Notes: generated by a model not told the origin, from the sequence alone. Numbered from the stretch's first letter, positions 1 to 9,146 are shown. The stretch is DNA of 64,000 bases from an uncultured Flavobacterium sp. (GCA_947626185.1 CANQRD010000001.1:31071-95070), one strand, 5' to 3'. Translations and numbers: made by a program.

Positions 1-642
1 GCTTGATCCTTTTAAGCCTTTTACAAGGATAAAAAACGAAATTGCAGAAATTGCTATTCCTCCAAATATTGCTCCGAAATATTTTAATTTTCTTTCAACC
101 TGAAATGTAAATATAAAACGAGAAATATACTGAACTAACGTTCCTAATGTAAAAGATAGGATTACAGATAGTAAAATACTGACCACAATTTCTGTAGCCT
201 TTTTTGTATTAATATAGTTTGGCAAGGTAGACCAACTATCGTCATTCATTACAATTTTCATGATACCTAAACAAACCGCTGCTCCGAGTAACTCAAAAAC
301 GATAGATACCGTGGTAGAAGTTGGTAAACCTAAAGAATTGAAAACATCTAACAACAAAACATCGGTAATCATTACGGCCAAAAAGATGACCATAACATCA
401 TTAAAAGAAAACATGCTAGGTACAAAAATTCCACTCCGTGCAATTTCCATCATACCCCCAGAAAATATAGCTCCTACCAGAATTCCTAAAGATGCTACAA
501 TCATAATTGTTTTGAAAGACAATGCTTTTGATCCAATTCCCGAATTTAGGAAATTCACAGCATCGTTACTCACCCCAACTGTCAAATCTATTAATGCTAA
601 TATCCCTAGGGCTATTAACATAACAATAAAAATTTGTTCCAT
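1..642 (-). CDS. Inorganic phosphate transporter, PiT/PHO4 family (5' part; 3' end outside window)
   Basis: The minus-strand frame is open from ATG at 642-640 to position 1; I checked all triplets and found no stops. The translation MEQIFIVMLIALGILALIDLTVGVSNDAVNFLNSGIGSKA... has the G-x-x-N-D-x-x-N PiT signature and several TM segments. The listed + ORF 260..682 is its antisense shadow. Confidence 0.8.
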   Translation of the reverse strand, partial: MEQIFIVMLIALGILALIDLTVGVSNDAVNFLNSGIGSKALSFKTIMIVASLGILVGAIFSGGMMEIARSGIFVPSMFSFNDVMVIFLAVMITDVLLLDVFNSLGLPTSTTVSIVFELLGAAVCLGIMKIVMNDDSWSTLPNYINTKKATEIVVSILLSVILSFTLGTLVQYISRFIFTFQVERKLKYFGAIFGGIAISAISFFILVKGLKGSS

Positions 643-793
643 TATTTTATTTTTTTGCGCAGCCAAATATCGTTATAATTAACTTTTCCTATGTTAAGCT
701 AATGTTATCCTTATCCATCATAATTATCTAATGATAAATTTTTATTAGACAACCGCTCCTATAACTTTCATTTCGTCTTCAAAAGATATTTTT

Positions 794-801
794 TACCTTT
801 G
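794..801 (+). promoter_or_regulatory. Candidate Bacteroidota -7 box (TACCTTTG)
   Basis: Matches the TAnnTTTG consensus, 18 nt upstream of the ATG at 819. Confidence 0.35.
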
Positions 802-818
802 TTTATCAATCTTTTTTT

Positions 819-2816
819 ATGAATGAACTACATTTAACCTCAAATCCTTATCTACAACAACATCAAACAAATCCGGTTTTTTGGAAACTTTGGTCGGAAA
901 AAACCATTCAACAAGCACAACAAGAAAATAAATTAATTATTGTAAGTATAGGATATTCCACCTGTCATTGGTGTCATGTAATGGAACGCGAAAGCTTTAC
1001 TGATAACGAAGTGGCTCAGGTAATGAATGACAATTTCATTTCCATAAAAGTAGACAGAGAAGAACATCCAGATGTAGACGCTCATTATATGAAAGCCGTT
1101 CAATTAATGACCAAACAAGGCGGATGGCCATTAAATGTAGTGTGCTTACCAAATGGCAAACCTATTTGGGGAGGTACTTATTTTCCTAAAAAAACTTGGA
1201 TTGACTCTTTACTACAACTCAATGAACTCTATAAAAATAAACCAGAAGCCGCAGTAGAATTTGCGAAAAAACTAGACCAAGGTGTTTATATCATGGGATT
1301 AGCTCCTGAAAAAAATGAAGAAAAAAGATTTAATAAAGATATATTGATCGAGAACTGGAAAAAGAGTTTTGATTATGAATTTGGTGGCTATCAACGTGCA
1401 CCCAAATTTATGATGCCAACCAATTTACTTTATTTACAAAAATTGGGAGTTTTAGACAATGACAAAAGCTTATTACAGTACATAGATATTACATTAACTC
1501 GCATGGCTTGGGGAGGTATATTTGATGTAGTTGAAGGAGGTTTTTCGCGTTACTCGGTTGATTTTAAATGGCATGTTCCTCATTTTGAAAAAATGCTTTA
1601 CGACAACGCTCAACTACTTAGTGTTTACAGCGATGCTTATAAACGAACTGCTAATTCGCTTTACAAAGAAATAATTGAAAAAACGATTAAGTTTATTACT
1701 ACTAATTGGATTACTCCTGAAGGAGCTTCCTATTCTGCCTTAGATGCTGATAGTATGGATAAAAACGGACAGCAAAAAGAAGGGGCTTTTTATGTTTGGA
1801 CAAAAGAGGATTTAGAAAATATTTTAGGTGATGATTTTTTCGCTTTTTCGGAAGTTTTTAATATTAATGACTTTGGTTATTGGGAAGAAAATAATTATGT
1901 ATTAATACAAAATCAACCAATAAATGAGTTAGCAGCCAAACTAAATCTAACAGCTGAAACATTAGTACAAAAAAAGCAAAATTGGGAAAACAAACTATTT
2001 ATAGAGCGAAAAAAAAGAGCAACTCCATTTTTGGATAATAAAATAATTACGGCTTGGAATGCACAATTAATTACTGGCCTTTTAGATGCTTACAGCGCTA
2101 CTAAAAACACTAATTATTTAGCGCAAGCGAAAAATATTCAACAATATATTCAGCGCTATTTATTTAACGAAGAAAATGGTTTACTACATTCATCACACAA
2201 TAATAAAGCTACTATTTTAGGATATTTAGACGATTATGCCTTTTACATTCAAGCGTTGATTAATTTGTATGAACACACCGCTCAAACTCAATATTTAGAA
2301 GAAGCTAAACAACTACTAGACAATACATTAGATTTATTTTTAGATATAAAAAGCTCATTCTTTTACTACAACCAAGAGAAACAAGCTAAACACATTACAA
2401 GAAGTTTTGAAACAGAAGATAATGTTATTCCATCATCTAATGCTGTTTTATGTATGAGTTTGCTAAAATTAAGCATTTTATTTGAAAACGAATATTACTC
2501 TGCAATTGCTCATCAAATGTTAGCAACTATTACTTCACAAATTGACTATCCGTCTGCTTACTCGCATTGGTTATTATGTTTGTTATACACCGAATCTCCA
2601 GCCGAGCTTAGTGTAGTTGGTAAAAACTCCTTAGAAGCAACGTTAGAAATTAGAGAAAATATTATTTGTAAAACTTTTATTTTTCCTGTAAATTCTACTA
2701 ACTCAATTCCATATTTAAAGAAATACGAGGTAAAAGAAAGTAATGAATATTATCTTTGTGAAAACAAACATTGCTTTACGCCAACAAAAGAATTTAGCAG
2801 TTTTTTGAAGTTATAA
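819..2816 (+). CDS. Thioredoxin-domain protein, DUF255/YyaL family
   Basis: N-terminus NPYLQQHQTNPVFWKLW...SIGYSTCHWCHVMERESF is the typical DUF255 thioredoxin-like head. The long alpha-helical C-terminal part resembles the N-acylglucosamine 2-epimerase-like fold. Confidence 0.85.
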   Translation: MNELHLTSNPYLQQHQTNPVFWKLWSEKTIQQAQQENKLIIVSIGYSTCHWCHVMERESFTDNEVAQVMNDNFISIKVDREEHPDVDAHYMKAVQLMTKQGGWPLNVVCLPNGKPIWGGTYFPKKTWIDSLLQLNELYKNKPEAAVEFAKKLDQGVYIMGLAPEKNEEKRFNKDILIENWKKSFDYEFGGYQRAPKFMMPTNLLYLQKLGVLDNDKSLLQYIDITLTRMAWGGIFDVVEGGFSRYSVDFKWHVPHFEKMLYDNAQLLSVYSDAYKRTANSLYKEIIEKTIKFITTNWITPEGASYSALDADSMDKNGQQKEGAFYVWTKEDLENILGDDFFAFSEVFNINDFGYWEENNYVLIQNQPINELAAKLNLTAETLVQKKQNWENKLFIERKKRATPFLDNKIITAWNAQLITGLLDAYSATKNTNYLAQAKNIQQYIQRYLFNEENGLLHSSHNNKATILGYLDDYAFYIQALINLYEHTAQTQYLEEAKQLLDNTLDLFLDIKSSFFYYNQEKQAKHITRSFETEDNVIPSSNAVLCMSLLKLSILFENEYYSAIAHQMLATITSQIDYPSAYSHWLLCLLYTESPAELSVVGKNSLEATLEIRENIICKTFIFPVNSTNSIPYLKKYEVKESNEYYLCENKHCFTPTKEFSSFLKL

Positions 2817-2818
2817 AA

Positions 2819-3586
2819 ATGGAAAATTTAGATCAACTATTATCAAGATATTTAGAAGACAGTGTATCATTTGTTCCTCAAATAGTTACAGCATTAATCA
2901 TTTTAGCACTCGGACTATGGTTGATAAAAATACTTCATAGCCTAACCAAAAAAATACTGACAAAACGAAAAATTGACCCCACTTTTTCAAGCTTTATTTT
3001 AGACGTTTTATTGTGGGCTTTTCGTATTCTCTTATTTGTAATTATTTCTTCCAAACTAGGTATTCAGACTAGTTCTTTTGTAGCTATTATTGGTGCTATG
3101 AGCTTAGCTATTGGACTTTCGCTACAAGGTTCGTTGAGTAATTTTGCTGGAGGAGTGTTAATTATTTTATTTAAACCTTTTAAAATAGGCGATATTATTG
3201 AAGCACAAGGTGAGTCTGGAAAAGTAATGGCTATACACATATTCTCAACACAAATAGTTAATTACCAAAACAACACCATTTACATACCTAATGGTATTTT
3301 ATCTAATGGAAAAATAAAAAATATTTCTCAAAATAACTTAAGAAGATTAGAAGTTTTAGTACAAACAAGCTTAGCAAAAGACACTGATAAGTTTATTGAA
3401 ATACTATCTGAAACATTAGATACTAATAATAAAATAATTTCTTTACCCAAACCAAGGGTTTTAGTGAAAGAGCTTTTAGACACTAAAATTACCTACATTG
3501 TACAAGTATGGGTAGATAATGATAATTTTACAGAAGTAAATTCTTTTATCTTACTACAGGCAAAAAAAATAAGTGATTCATTATAA
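2819..3586 (+). CDS. Mechanosensitive ion channel, MscS family
   Basis: Three N-terminal TM helices are followed by LSNFAGGVLIILFKPFKIGDIIE, the MscS pore helix and beta-domain signature. Length 255 aa. Confidence 0.85.
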   Translation: MENLDQLLSRYLEDSVSFVPQIVTALIILALGLWLIKILHSLTKKILTKRKIDPTFSSFILDVLLWAFRILLFVIISSKLGIQTSSFVAIIGAMSLAIGLSLQGSLSNFAGGVLIILFKPFKIGDIIEAQGESGKVMAIHIFSTQIVNYQNNTIYIPNGILSNGKIKNISQNNLRRLEVLVQTSLAKDTDKFIEILSETLDTNNKIISLPKPRVLVKELLDTKITYIVQVWVDNDNFTEVNSFILLQAKKISDSL

Positions 3587-3601
3587 TCACTTATTTTTTT
3601 G
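3562..3601. terminator. Bidirectional intrinsic terminator overlapping both convergent stop codons
   Basis: aaaaaaaataagtgatt (3562-3578) pairs perfectly with aatcacttatttttttt (3585-3601) around a 6-nt loop. A-tract on one side and T-tract on the other. Confidence 0.6.
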
Positions 3602-4262
3602 TTGGTAACACAAAGTCTTTTAAATAATAAGGCTCAAAATAAGCTATATCAACAAATTTATTTTCTTGATAATAGCTAAAACTTATTGTTGCCATTTCTC
3701 TTGCTGAGGGATATACAATCGCTGGATTGAAAATAAAATTTTCTACCTGAAGTACTTTAGCACACTTCATTGCTCCATCTCCAATAAAGTAAACCTTTTC
3801 TAAGCCCCATAACTCCGAAAAGGAAGCCTCGTCAATTACTTTTGCCTCTATCGCTTGTTTCAACTTATAATCATGCGTAAAAACTGCGCAAAACACCTCC
3901 ATTCTTCTTGCATCAATCATCGGAACAATAAAACCATTATCTACTTTTACCTGACGCGCTAGTATTTCTAAAGTATCGATTGCAATCATCGGAATAGACA
4001 ATCCATAACACAATCCTTTTACAGAAGAAACACCAATTCTTAGTCCAGTATAAGAACCCGGCCCTTGACTAACAGCAACGGCTGATAAATCTTTCATTTG
4101 AAAACCGTTCGACTTCAGAATATTTTCAATAAATAAATGAAGTTTTTCAGCATGCGAAAAACTTTCTTCTGCAATTTCTATTACTTCTTTTACTACTCCA
4201 TTAACGGATAAAGAGACTGAACAATTTTTAGTCGCAGTCTCAATATTTAAAATTACTATCAT
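3591..4262 (-). CDS. tsaB: tRNA t6A37 biosynthesis protein TsaB (YeaZ)
   Basis: MIVILNIETATKNCSVSL...SQGPGSYTGLRIGVSSVKGL is the YeaZ/TsaB N-terminal signature. Length 223 aa. Confidence 0.85.
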   Translation of the reverse strand: MIVILNIETATKNCSVSLSVNGVVKEVIEIAEESFSHAEKLHLFIENILKSNGFQMKDLSAVAVSQGPGSYTGLRIGVSSVKGLCYGLSIPMIAIDTLEILARQVKVDNGFIVPMIDARRMEVFCAVFTHDYKLKQAIEAKVIDEASFSELWGLEKVYFIGDGAMKCAKVLQVENFIFNPAIVYPSAREMATISFSYYQENKFVDIAYFEPYYLKDFVLPTKK

Positions 4263-5509
4263 TTTTTACTTTCTTCTTTCTGTATTTTATCATTATTCTT
4301 CAGTGTTTTACTCACTGTTGAATAAGGTCCGATAATTACAATATCCCCCTTCTTTAAGCCTTCTAAAATCTGAATATTTTTATCGTCTTGTATACCTGTT
4401 TTCACAAAGCGCAACTTAGCAATTCCATTATCATCAACAAAAACAGCTTCTTTCATTAAGTCTTTATCATAAAGAGCATCACTAGTTGTTTTATCTACAA
4501 TTGTATCGGTTGTTGCTTTCATAACAACAGCACTAATTGGCACAGCTAAAACATTATTTTTTACGTTTGTGATAATGTCAACTGCCGCCGTCATACCAGG
4601 TCGAAATGGAGAATAATCTTCTGACTGTCCTTCCAACAAATCTTGGTAAGATTCTTTTAAAATTTTAATTTTCACTTTAAAAGTAGTTACCTGATCGGCT
4701 GTAAGATTGGCATTTGACGCAGAATTTGAAATACTTGTTACTACTCCTTTAAATTCTTTCTTTAAAAATGCATCAACGTGAATTTTTGTTTCGTCGCCAA
4801 TTTTCACTTTTACAATATCATTTTCGTTGATGTTTACTTCAACCTCCATGCTATTTAAATTAGCTACACGCAAAATTTCTGTACCAGCCATTTGTTGCGT
4901 TCCTAAAACACGTTCTCCCAATTCGACATTAATTCGAGAAATAGTTCCTTTACTTGGTGCATAAATTGTTGTACGCAATAAATTTACTCTTGCTTCTTCA
5001 ACCGCTGCTTTAGCACTCTCAACATTGTAATAGGCGGAGTTGTGATTTGCTTTTGCTACTTCGTATGCACGAGTTACTTGATCCCATTCTGATCCTGAAA
5101 TAACCCCTTTATCAAACAAGGTTTTATTTCTGTTATAAGAAGCTTTCGATTCTTTCAATTGTGCTTCAGCCTGTTGCAAGCCCGCTTTACTTGTTGCCAC
5201 CATTGCCACCATTCTGTCCAAATTGGTTTCATATAGATTTGGATTAATCACAACTAACAAATCCCCTTTCTCTACTACCTGTCCTTCTTTTACTGGCAAA
5301 TTTATAATTTCTCCAGATACTTCTGGTGTAATTTTAACTTCAATTTCAGGTTGAATTTTTCCAGTTGCCGATACTGTTTCTATCAAATTAGTATCTTCTA
5401 TAGTAGCAACTTCTACAAAAGTAGATTGCTCTTTTTTTCCTAATATGTTGAACAAAATTAAGATAACAACAGCAACAGCAATAAGTATATAAATATATTT
5501 TTTTTTCAT
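4259..5509 (-). CDS. Efflux transporter periplasmic adaptor (membrane fusion protein, HlyD/MacA-like)
   Basis: N-terminal TM anchor, a lipoyl-like segment (GEIINLPVKEGQVVEKGDLLVVI), a long coiled-coil hairpin, and beta-barrel and membrane-proximal domains. Confidence 0.85.
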   Translation of the reverse strand: MKKKYIYILIAVAVVILILFNILGKKEQSTFVEVATIEDTNLIETVSATGKIQPEIEVKITPEVSGEIINLPVKEGQVVEKGDLLVVINPNLYETNLDRMVAMVATSKAGLQQAEAQLKESKASYNRNKTLFDKGVISGSEWDQVTRAYEVAKANHNSAYYNVESAKAAVEEARVNLLRTTIYAPSKGTISRINVELGERVLGTQQMAGTEILRVANLNSMEVEVNINENDIVKVKIGDETKIHVDAFLKKEFKGVVTSISNSASNANLTADQVTTFKVKIKILKESYQDLLEGQSEDYSPFRPGMTAAVDIITNVKNNVLAVPISAVVMKATTDTIVDKTTSDALYDKDLMKEAVFVDDNGIAKLRFVKTGIQDDKNIQILEGLKKGDIVIIGPYSTVSKTLKNNDKIQKEESKK

Positions 5510-5515
5510 AGCGAA

Positions 5516-6946
5516 TTAATTGGTTTTGAAAAGTGGAACTCCGAAATAATATTCTAATATTTTATTTTTAAAGATATAATCGTATTTAGCTCTTAATAAA
5601 TTAGATTGAGAGATAACATATAAGTTTTGACTTTGATTTAATTCAAAAATATTAATTAATCCAACTGCATATCTTTCTCTTGCATATTCAAGTGATTTTT
5701 CTCTAGCTTCTAGCGTTGATAAGCTTGCTTCATATGTTTTAAAAGCGCTATTTACATCTGCATAGGCTTTAAATACTATTTGCTCCAATTTAAGTACCTC
5801 TGCTTCCTTTTCATATTCTTTTTGCTCTAAGGCAAGTTCATACAATTTAACTCCCTTACGCGTCTTTAAACCGTTAAAAACAGGAATAGTTAAACTAAGT
5901 CCAACAGCAGATCGAAAATTGTTATCAAACTGCTTAAAAAAAGCATCCGGACGTCCGTAAATATTCGTCATACCAGGGGCAACCACCGTTTGTCCTGTTT
6001 GCTCTACAACTCCAACTTGATTAAACAATGAATTAGGTTGTACACCTACAACAACATCATTATAGCGAATAGCTGTACTTAAACTATAAAAGCCAGAAAG
6101 CTTTGGATAATAAGCACTCTTACTAATTTTCACATCGCGTTTAGCTATTTCAACATTTAATTCTGCTTTTTTAATATTCGTTAAATATTCAAATGCTCTT
6201 TGAAAAATATCTTCAGGAGAATAAATCATCAATTCAGATTCTTTAACTTCATAATTAGTATCGGCTATATTAAAATATTGATAATCTCTTATTTGAAGTA
6301 TTTGAGCCAGATTAATTTTTGAAATTAACAAATCATTTTCCGAAACAATTAAGCTTTGTTTGGAAGAAGCAACCGTTGCTTTTACCGTAAGCAAATCTCC
6401 TGCAGGAACAGCACCAGCACCTACCAACGTAGATACTCTTTCTTGTTCTGATTCATCATAAGCTAATTGTGCTTTATTTGTTTTTACCAACTCCCGATTG
6501 AAAAGAATTTGCAAATAAGAACTAATTACCGAAAGCGAAATATCTTCCTTTAACTTTTGTACAGAATAAATAGCAGCAAGGTTTTCTAAACGAGCTTTTG
6601 CAAATGTATTTTGCTTTTGTAATCCCCCAAGAATATCAATTCCAACATTAATTCCCAATGAAGTATCTTGAAAAGGCTTTTGATTGCTTGCTCCAAAACT
6701 TGTTGAGCTATCTGTCCAAGTCCAGTTTTGACCAGCATTTGCATTTACCGTTGGTAAAAAATCATACTGAGCTAACTCCAAATTTACTTCGCTATTCAAT
6801 TCGCTTATTTCTATTTGTTTTACTTGAATATTATTCTCAATCGCGTGGGCTATACACTCATCTAAAGTCCATTTTTTTTCTTGACTAAAGCCAGAAAGCA
6901 CACCAAAAAAGAAAAATAAAGAATAAAACTTAACTTTATTTATCAT
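5516..6946 (-). CDS. TolC-family outer membrane efflux protein
   Basis: Signal peptide plus two repeated coiled-coil/beta-barrel halves typical of OEP/TolC. The ORF track starts at TTG 6955; I prefer ATG 6946 (MINKVKF...). Confidence 0.85.
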   Translation of the reverse strand: MINKVKFYSLFFFFGVLSGFSQEKKWTLDECIAHAIENNIQVKQIEISELNSEVNLELAQYDFLPTVNANAGQNWTWTDSSTSFGASNQKPFQDTSLGINVGIDILGGLQKQNTFAKARLENLAAIYSVQKLKEDISLSVISSYLQILFNRELVKTNKAQLAYDESEQERVSTLVGAGAVPAGDLLTVKATVASSKQSLIVSENDLLISKINLAQILQIRDYQYFNIADTNYEVKESELMIYSPEDIFQRAFEYLTNIKKAELNVEIAKRDVKISKSAYYPKLSGFYSLSTAIRYNDVVVGVQPNSLFNQVGVVEQTGQTVVAPGMTNIYGRPDAFFKQFDNNFRSAVGLSLTIPVFNGLKTRKGVKLYELALEQKEYEKEAEVLKLEQIVFKAYADVNSAFKTYEASLSTLEAREKSLEYARERYAVGLINIFELNQSQNLYVISQSNLLRAKYDYIFKNKILEYYFGVPLFKTN

Positions 6947-7012
6947 CACAAACAAATTTTAACATATAACAATAAGACGAAACAATTAGCTATTTGTTAC
7001 AAAACCATTATA

Positions 7013-7047
7013 AATAAAAAAACCGTAAATTATTACGGTTTTTTTAT
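7013..7047 (-). terminator. Intrinsic terminator after the SCO/DUF420 operon
   Basis: Stem aaccgtaa (7021-7028) / ttacggtt (7033-7040) with a 4-nt loop, flanked by A and T runs. It lies 10 nt past the stop at 7058. Confidence 0.7.
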
Positions 7048-7057
7048 TCAATTTTTG

Positions 7058-7279
7058 TTATTTCGTTTTCTTTTTATAAATCTTATAACTAAAATAAAAA
7101 GCTAGTCCTACCAAAATATAAGGAAAAATCATTAGGTAAACTATTCCATCATTTACTGCTTCTGCTTTTACTCCACCATCTTCCGTTTCTAAAACCGCTC
7201 TACACATTGCGCATTGCGCATTAGCCACTTGTGAAAAAACGAATAAGAATAAGGTGCTTATTAACAATCTTTTATTCAT
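7058..7279 (-). CDS. Small exported membrane-anchored protein with an N-terminal CxxC motif (uncharacterised)
   Basis: MNKRLLISTLFLFVFSQVANA|QCAMC... is a signal peptide with an AxA site. The C-terminal TM is IVYLMIFPYILVGLAFYFSY, followed by KIYKKKTK. ATG 7279 is preferred over TTG 7288. It sits 12 nt after the DUF420 stop and is followed by a strong terminator. Confidence 0.5.
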   Translation of the reverse strand: MNKRLLISTLFLFVFSQVANAQCAMCRAVLETEDGGVKAEAVNDGIVYLMIFPYILVGLAFYFSYKIYKKKTK

Positions 7280-7291
7280 ATTTTTCAATTC

Positions 7292-7840
7292 TTAACTCAC
7301 GTAATATGGTGAGATCATTAAGTAAACTATTACTCCGGTAACTGCAACATAAAGCCACATTGGATAAGTAATACGCGCTATTTTTTTGTGACGTTGATAT
7401 GAACCTGAAATTCCTCTTACAAAAGTGATTAATACAAAAGGAATAATGATAATTGACAATAAAATATGCGTAATTAAAATAAAGAAATATACATAGCGTA
7501 TAATACCTTCTCCCCCATATTTCGTTTCAATAGATGTCATGTGATAAGCAACATACATAGCTAAAAAAGCGATCGAACAAGCAATACAAACTTTGATTAA
7601 TCTTTCGTGTAATTTTGCATTTCCTTTTTTTATAGCGACAACAGCTATAAATAATAAAACAGCTGTAATACCATTAATAGTTGCATAAATTGGTGGTAAA
7701 AAACTTAATGGTTTTACATCGTAACCAAGCTTTTGTAAATTAACACCAAAGAGAATAGCTACAACAATTGGAATAGCTATTGATAAAACCCAAATCCACT
7801 TATTATATTTCTGCTCTATTTGTTTTGAATTGTTTTCCAT
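7292..7840 (-). CDS. DUF420 family membrane protein (CtaM-like oxidase accessory factor)
   Basis: 182 aa with four or five TM helices. The position immediately after SCO1, with a 1-nt overlap (TAATG), is the usual DUF420 context. Confidence 0.75.
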   Translation of the reverse strand: MENNSKQIEQKYNKWIWVLSIAIPIVVAILFGVNLQKLGYDVKPLSFLPPIYATINGITAVLLFIAVVAIKKGNAKLHERLIKVCIACSIAFLAMYVAYHMTSIETKYGGEGIIRYVYFFILITHILLSIIIIPFVLITFVRGISGSYQRHKKIARITYPMWLYVAVTGVIVYLMISPYYVS

Positions 7841-8463
7841 TATTCTTCTAATAATAATTTAATATCTTCTTTTAACCATACTATTTGAGCATCATCAGTT
7901 CCATCATAATATAAAATTGGATTACCAAATTCATCTTTTCTACAACGAATATTACCATCTTTATCAATTAATGCGAATAAACCTGAGTGCTCAAATCCTC
8001 CAGGCGCTTCAGGATTTACTCCTGTATAAAGATTAAATTTTGCAGCTAAATCATAAATATAGTTTGCATCACCTGTAAGCATATTCCAATGCGGAATTTT
8101 CACTCCCAGTTCGTCAGCATGTTCTTTAAGAGCTTCTACAGTATCATTTGTTGGATCAATCGTGATTGAAGCAATACCAAAATTTAAACGGCCATAAAAA
8201 GCGTCTTGCAACTTCAACATATTCTGATTCATAATCGGACAGATAGTAGGGCAATTCGCAAAGAAGAACTCTACAACATATACTTTATCTTTATAATTAT
8301 CTTTAGAAATTTCTTTATTATTCTGATTAGTTAAGATAAATGATGGCGCAGGTCCAATAATTTCTAAATCAGCCTTTTCGAATTTCTTTACAATTTTAGG
8401 AACCGCCCAAATTCCAAAAATCAAAACAATAAATGAAATCCATATATATGATTTATCTCTCAT
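7840..8463 (-). CDS. SCO1/SenC family copper chaperone
   Basis: N-terminal TM anchor, CPTIC copper-binding CxxxC motif, and a downstream ligand His in GGFEHSG. Confidence 0.9.
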   Translation of the reverse strand: MRDKSYIWISFIVLIFGIWAVPKIVKKFEKADLEIIGPAPSFILTNQNNKEISKDNYKDKVYVVEFFFANCPTICPIMNQNMLKLQDAFYGRLNFGIASITIDPTNDTVEALKEHADELGVKIPHWNMLTGDANYIYDLAAKFNLYTGVNPEAPGGFEHSGLFALIDKDGNIRCRKDEFGNPILYYDGTDDAQIVWLKEDIKLLLEE

Positions 8464-8465
8464 TT

Positions 8466-9122
8466 TTATTTAGTTGAATTAATACGTTTATACTCTTTTA
8501 ATGCTAAGCGATATTCTGCCAATATAACCTTTACATCGTCCATCATATCATTATGTAATTCTGCTGCAGAAATAGTATTATAACCTTCTTTATATTCCTG
8601 TGTTCCAGCTTTATTTATGCCTTTACGACCGCGTAAATTTCTACCTTTATCAATAATATATACGTTTGGCGTATATAAGTCGTCGTTCAACTTTCCTACA
8701 AGACCTAAACTATTGTATAATTCTTTGATTTGATCATCACTAAGAAATAAATAATTCCAATTTGACATATCAGATATTGGTGATAATTCCCCAATAACAC
8801 GTTGTGTTTCTTCTTCTGCACTTTCAGGAACTACCATTACCAATTGAAAATCATCAAATTCACGATACCTATCATAAATTTTTTTTGCTAAATTAAAAGC
8901 ATCTCCTCTATTGACAAATAAATCGCTTCCTGGAAAACCGAGAATAGTAATTTTATTTTCAAATTTAGGCTGATTTCCTAACGAAGATTTAGCGTCAGGA
9001 AGTTCATTGACGTTTTCTGTTATCACGGGTAAACGCTGAAATTGATTTACGCCTGTAGCAAAAAACAAATAAGTAGCTATTGGCATTACAAAAAGTAATG
9101 TTAGCACAATGTACTTTTTCAT
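8466..9122 (-). CDS. Membrane-anchored SCO/thioredoxin-fold-like protein lacking the CxxxC and His ligands (uncharacterised)
   Basis: The ORF is solid. ATG 9122 (MKKYIVLTLLFVMPIATYLFFATG) is preferred over TTG 9149, because a -7 box lies at 9147-9154. The strand/helix pattern is collinear with the adjacent SCO1, but there is no cysteine at all. The fold assignment is by eye only. Confidence 0.55.
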   Translation of the reverse strand: MKKYIVLTLLFVMPIATYLFFATGVNQFQRLPVITENVNELPDAKSSLGNQPKFENKITILGFPGSDLFVNRGDAFNLAKKIYDRYREFDDFQLVMVVPESAEEETQRVIGELSPISDMSNWNYLFLSDDQIKELYNSLGLVGKLNDDLYTPNVYIIDKGRNLRGRKGINKAGTQEYKEGYNTISAAELHNDMMDDVKVILAEYRLALKEYKRINSTK

Positions 9123-9146
9123 TTTATAATAATTAGAATCTCTAAG

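Noticed and set aside
260-682. 140-aa plus-strand ORF from the track (MIPKQTAAPSNSKTIDTV...).
   Set aside because: It is low-complexity and lies antisense to an uninterrupted minus-strand frame encoding a clear PiT phosphate transporter N-terminus. It is a shadow ORF.
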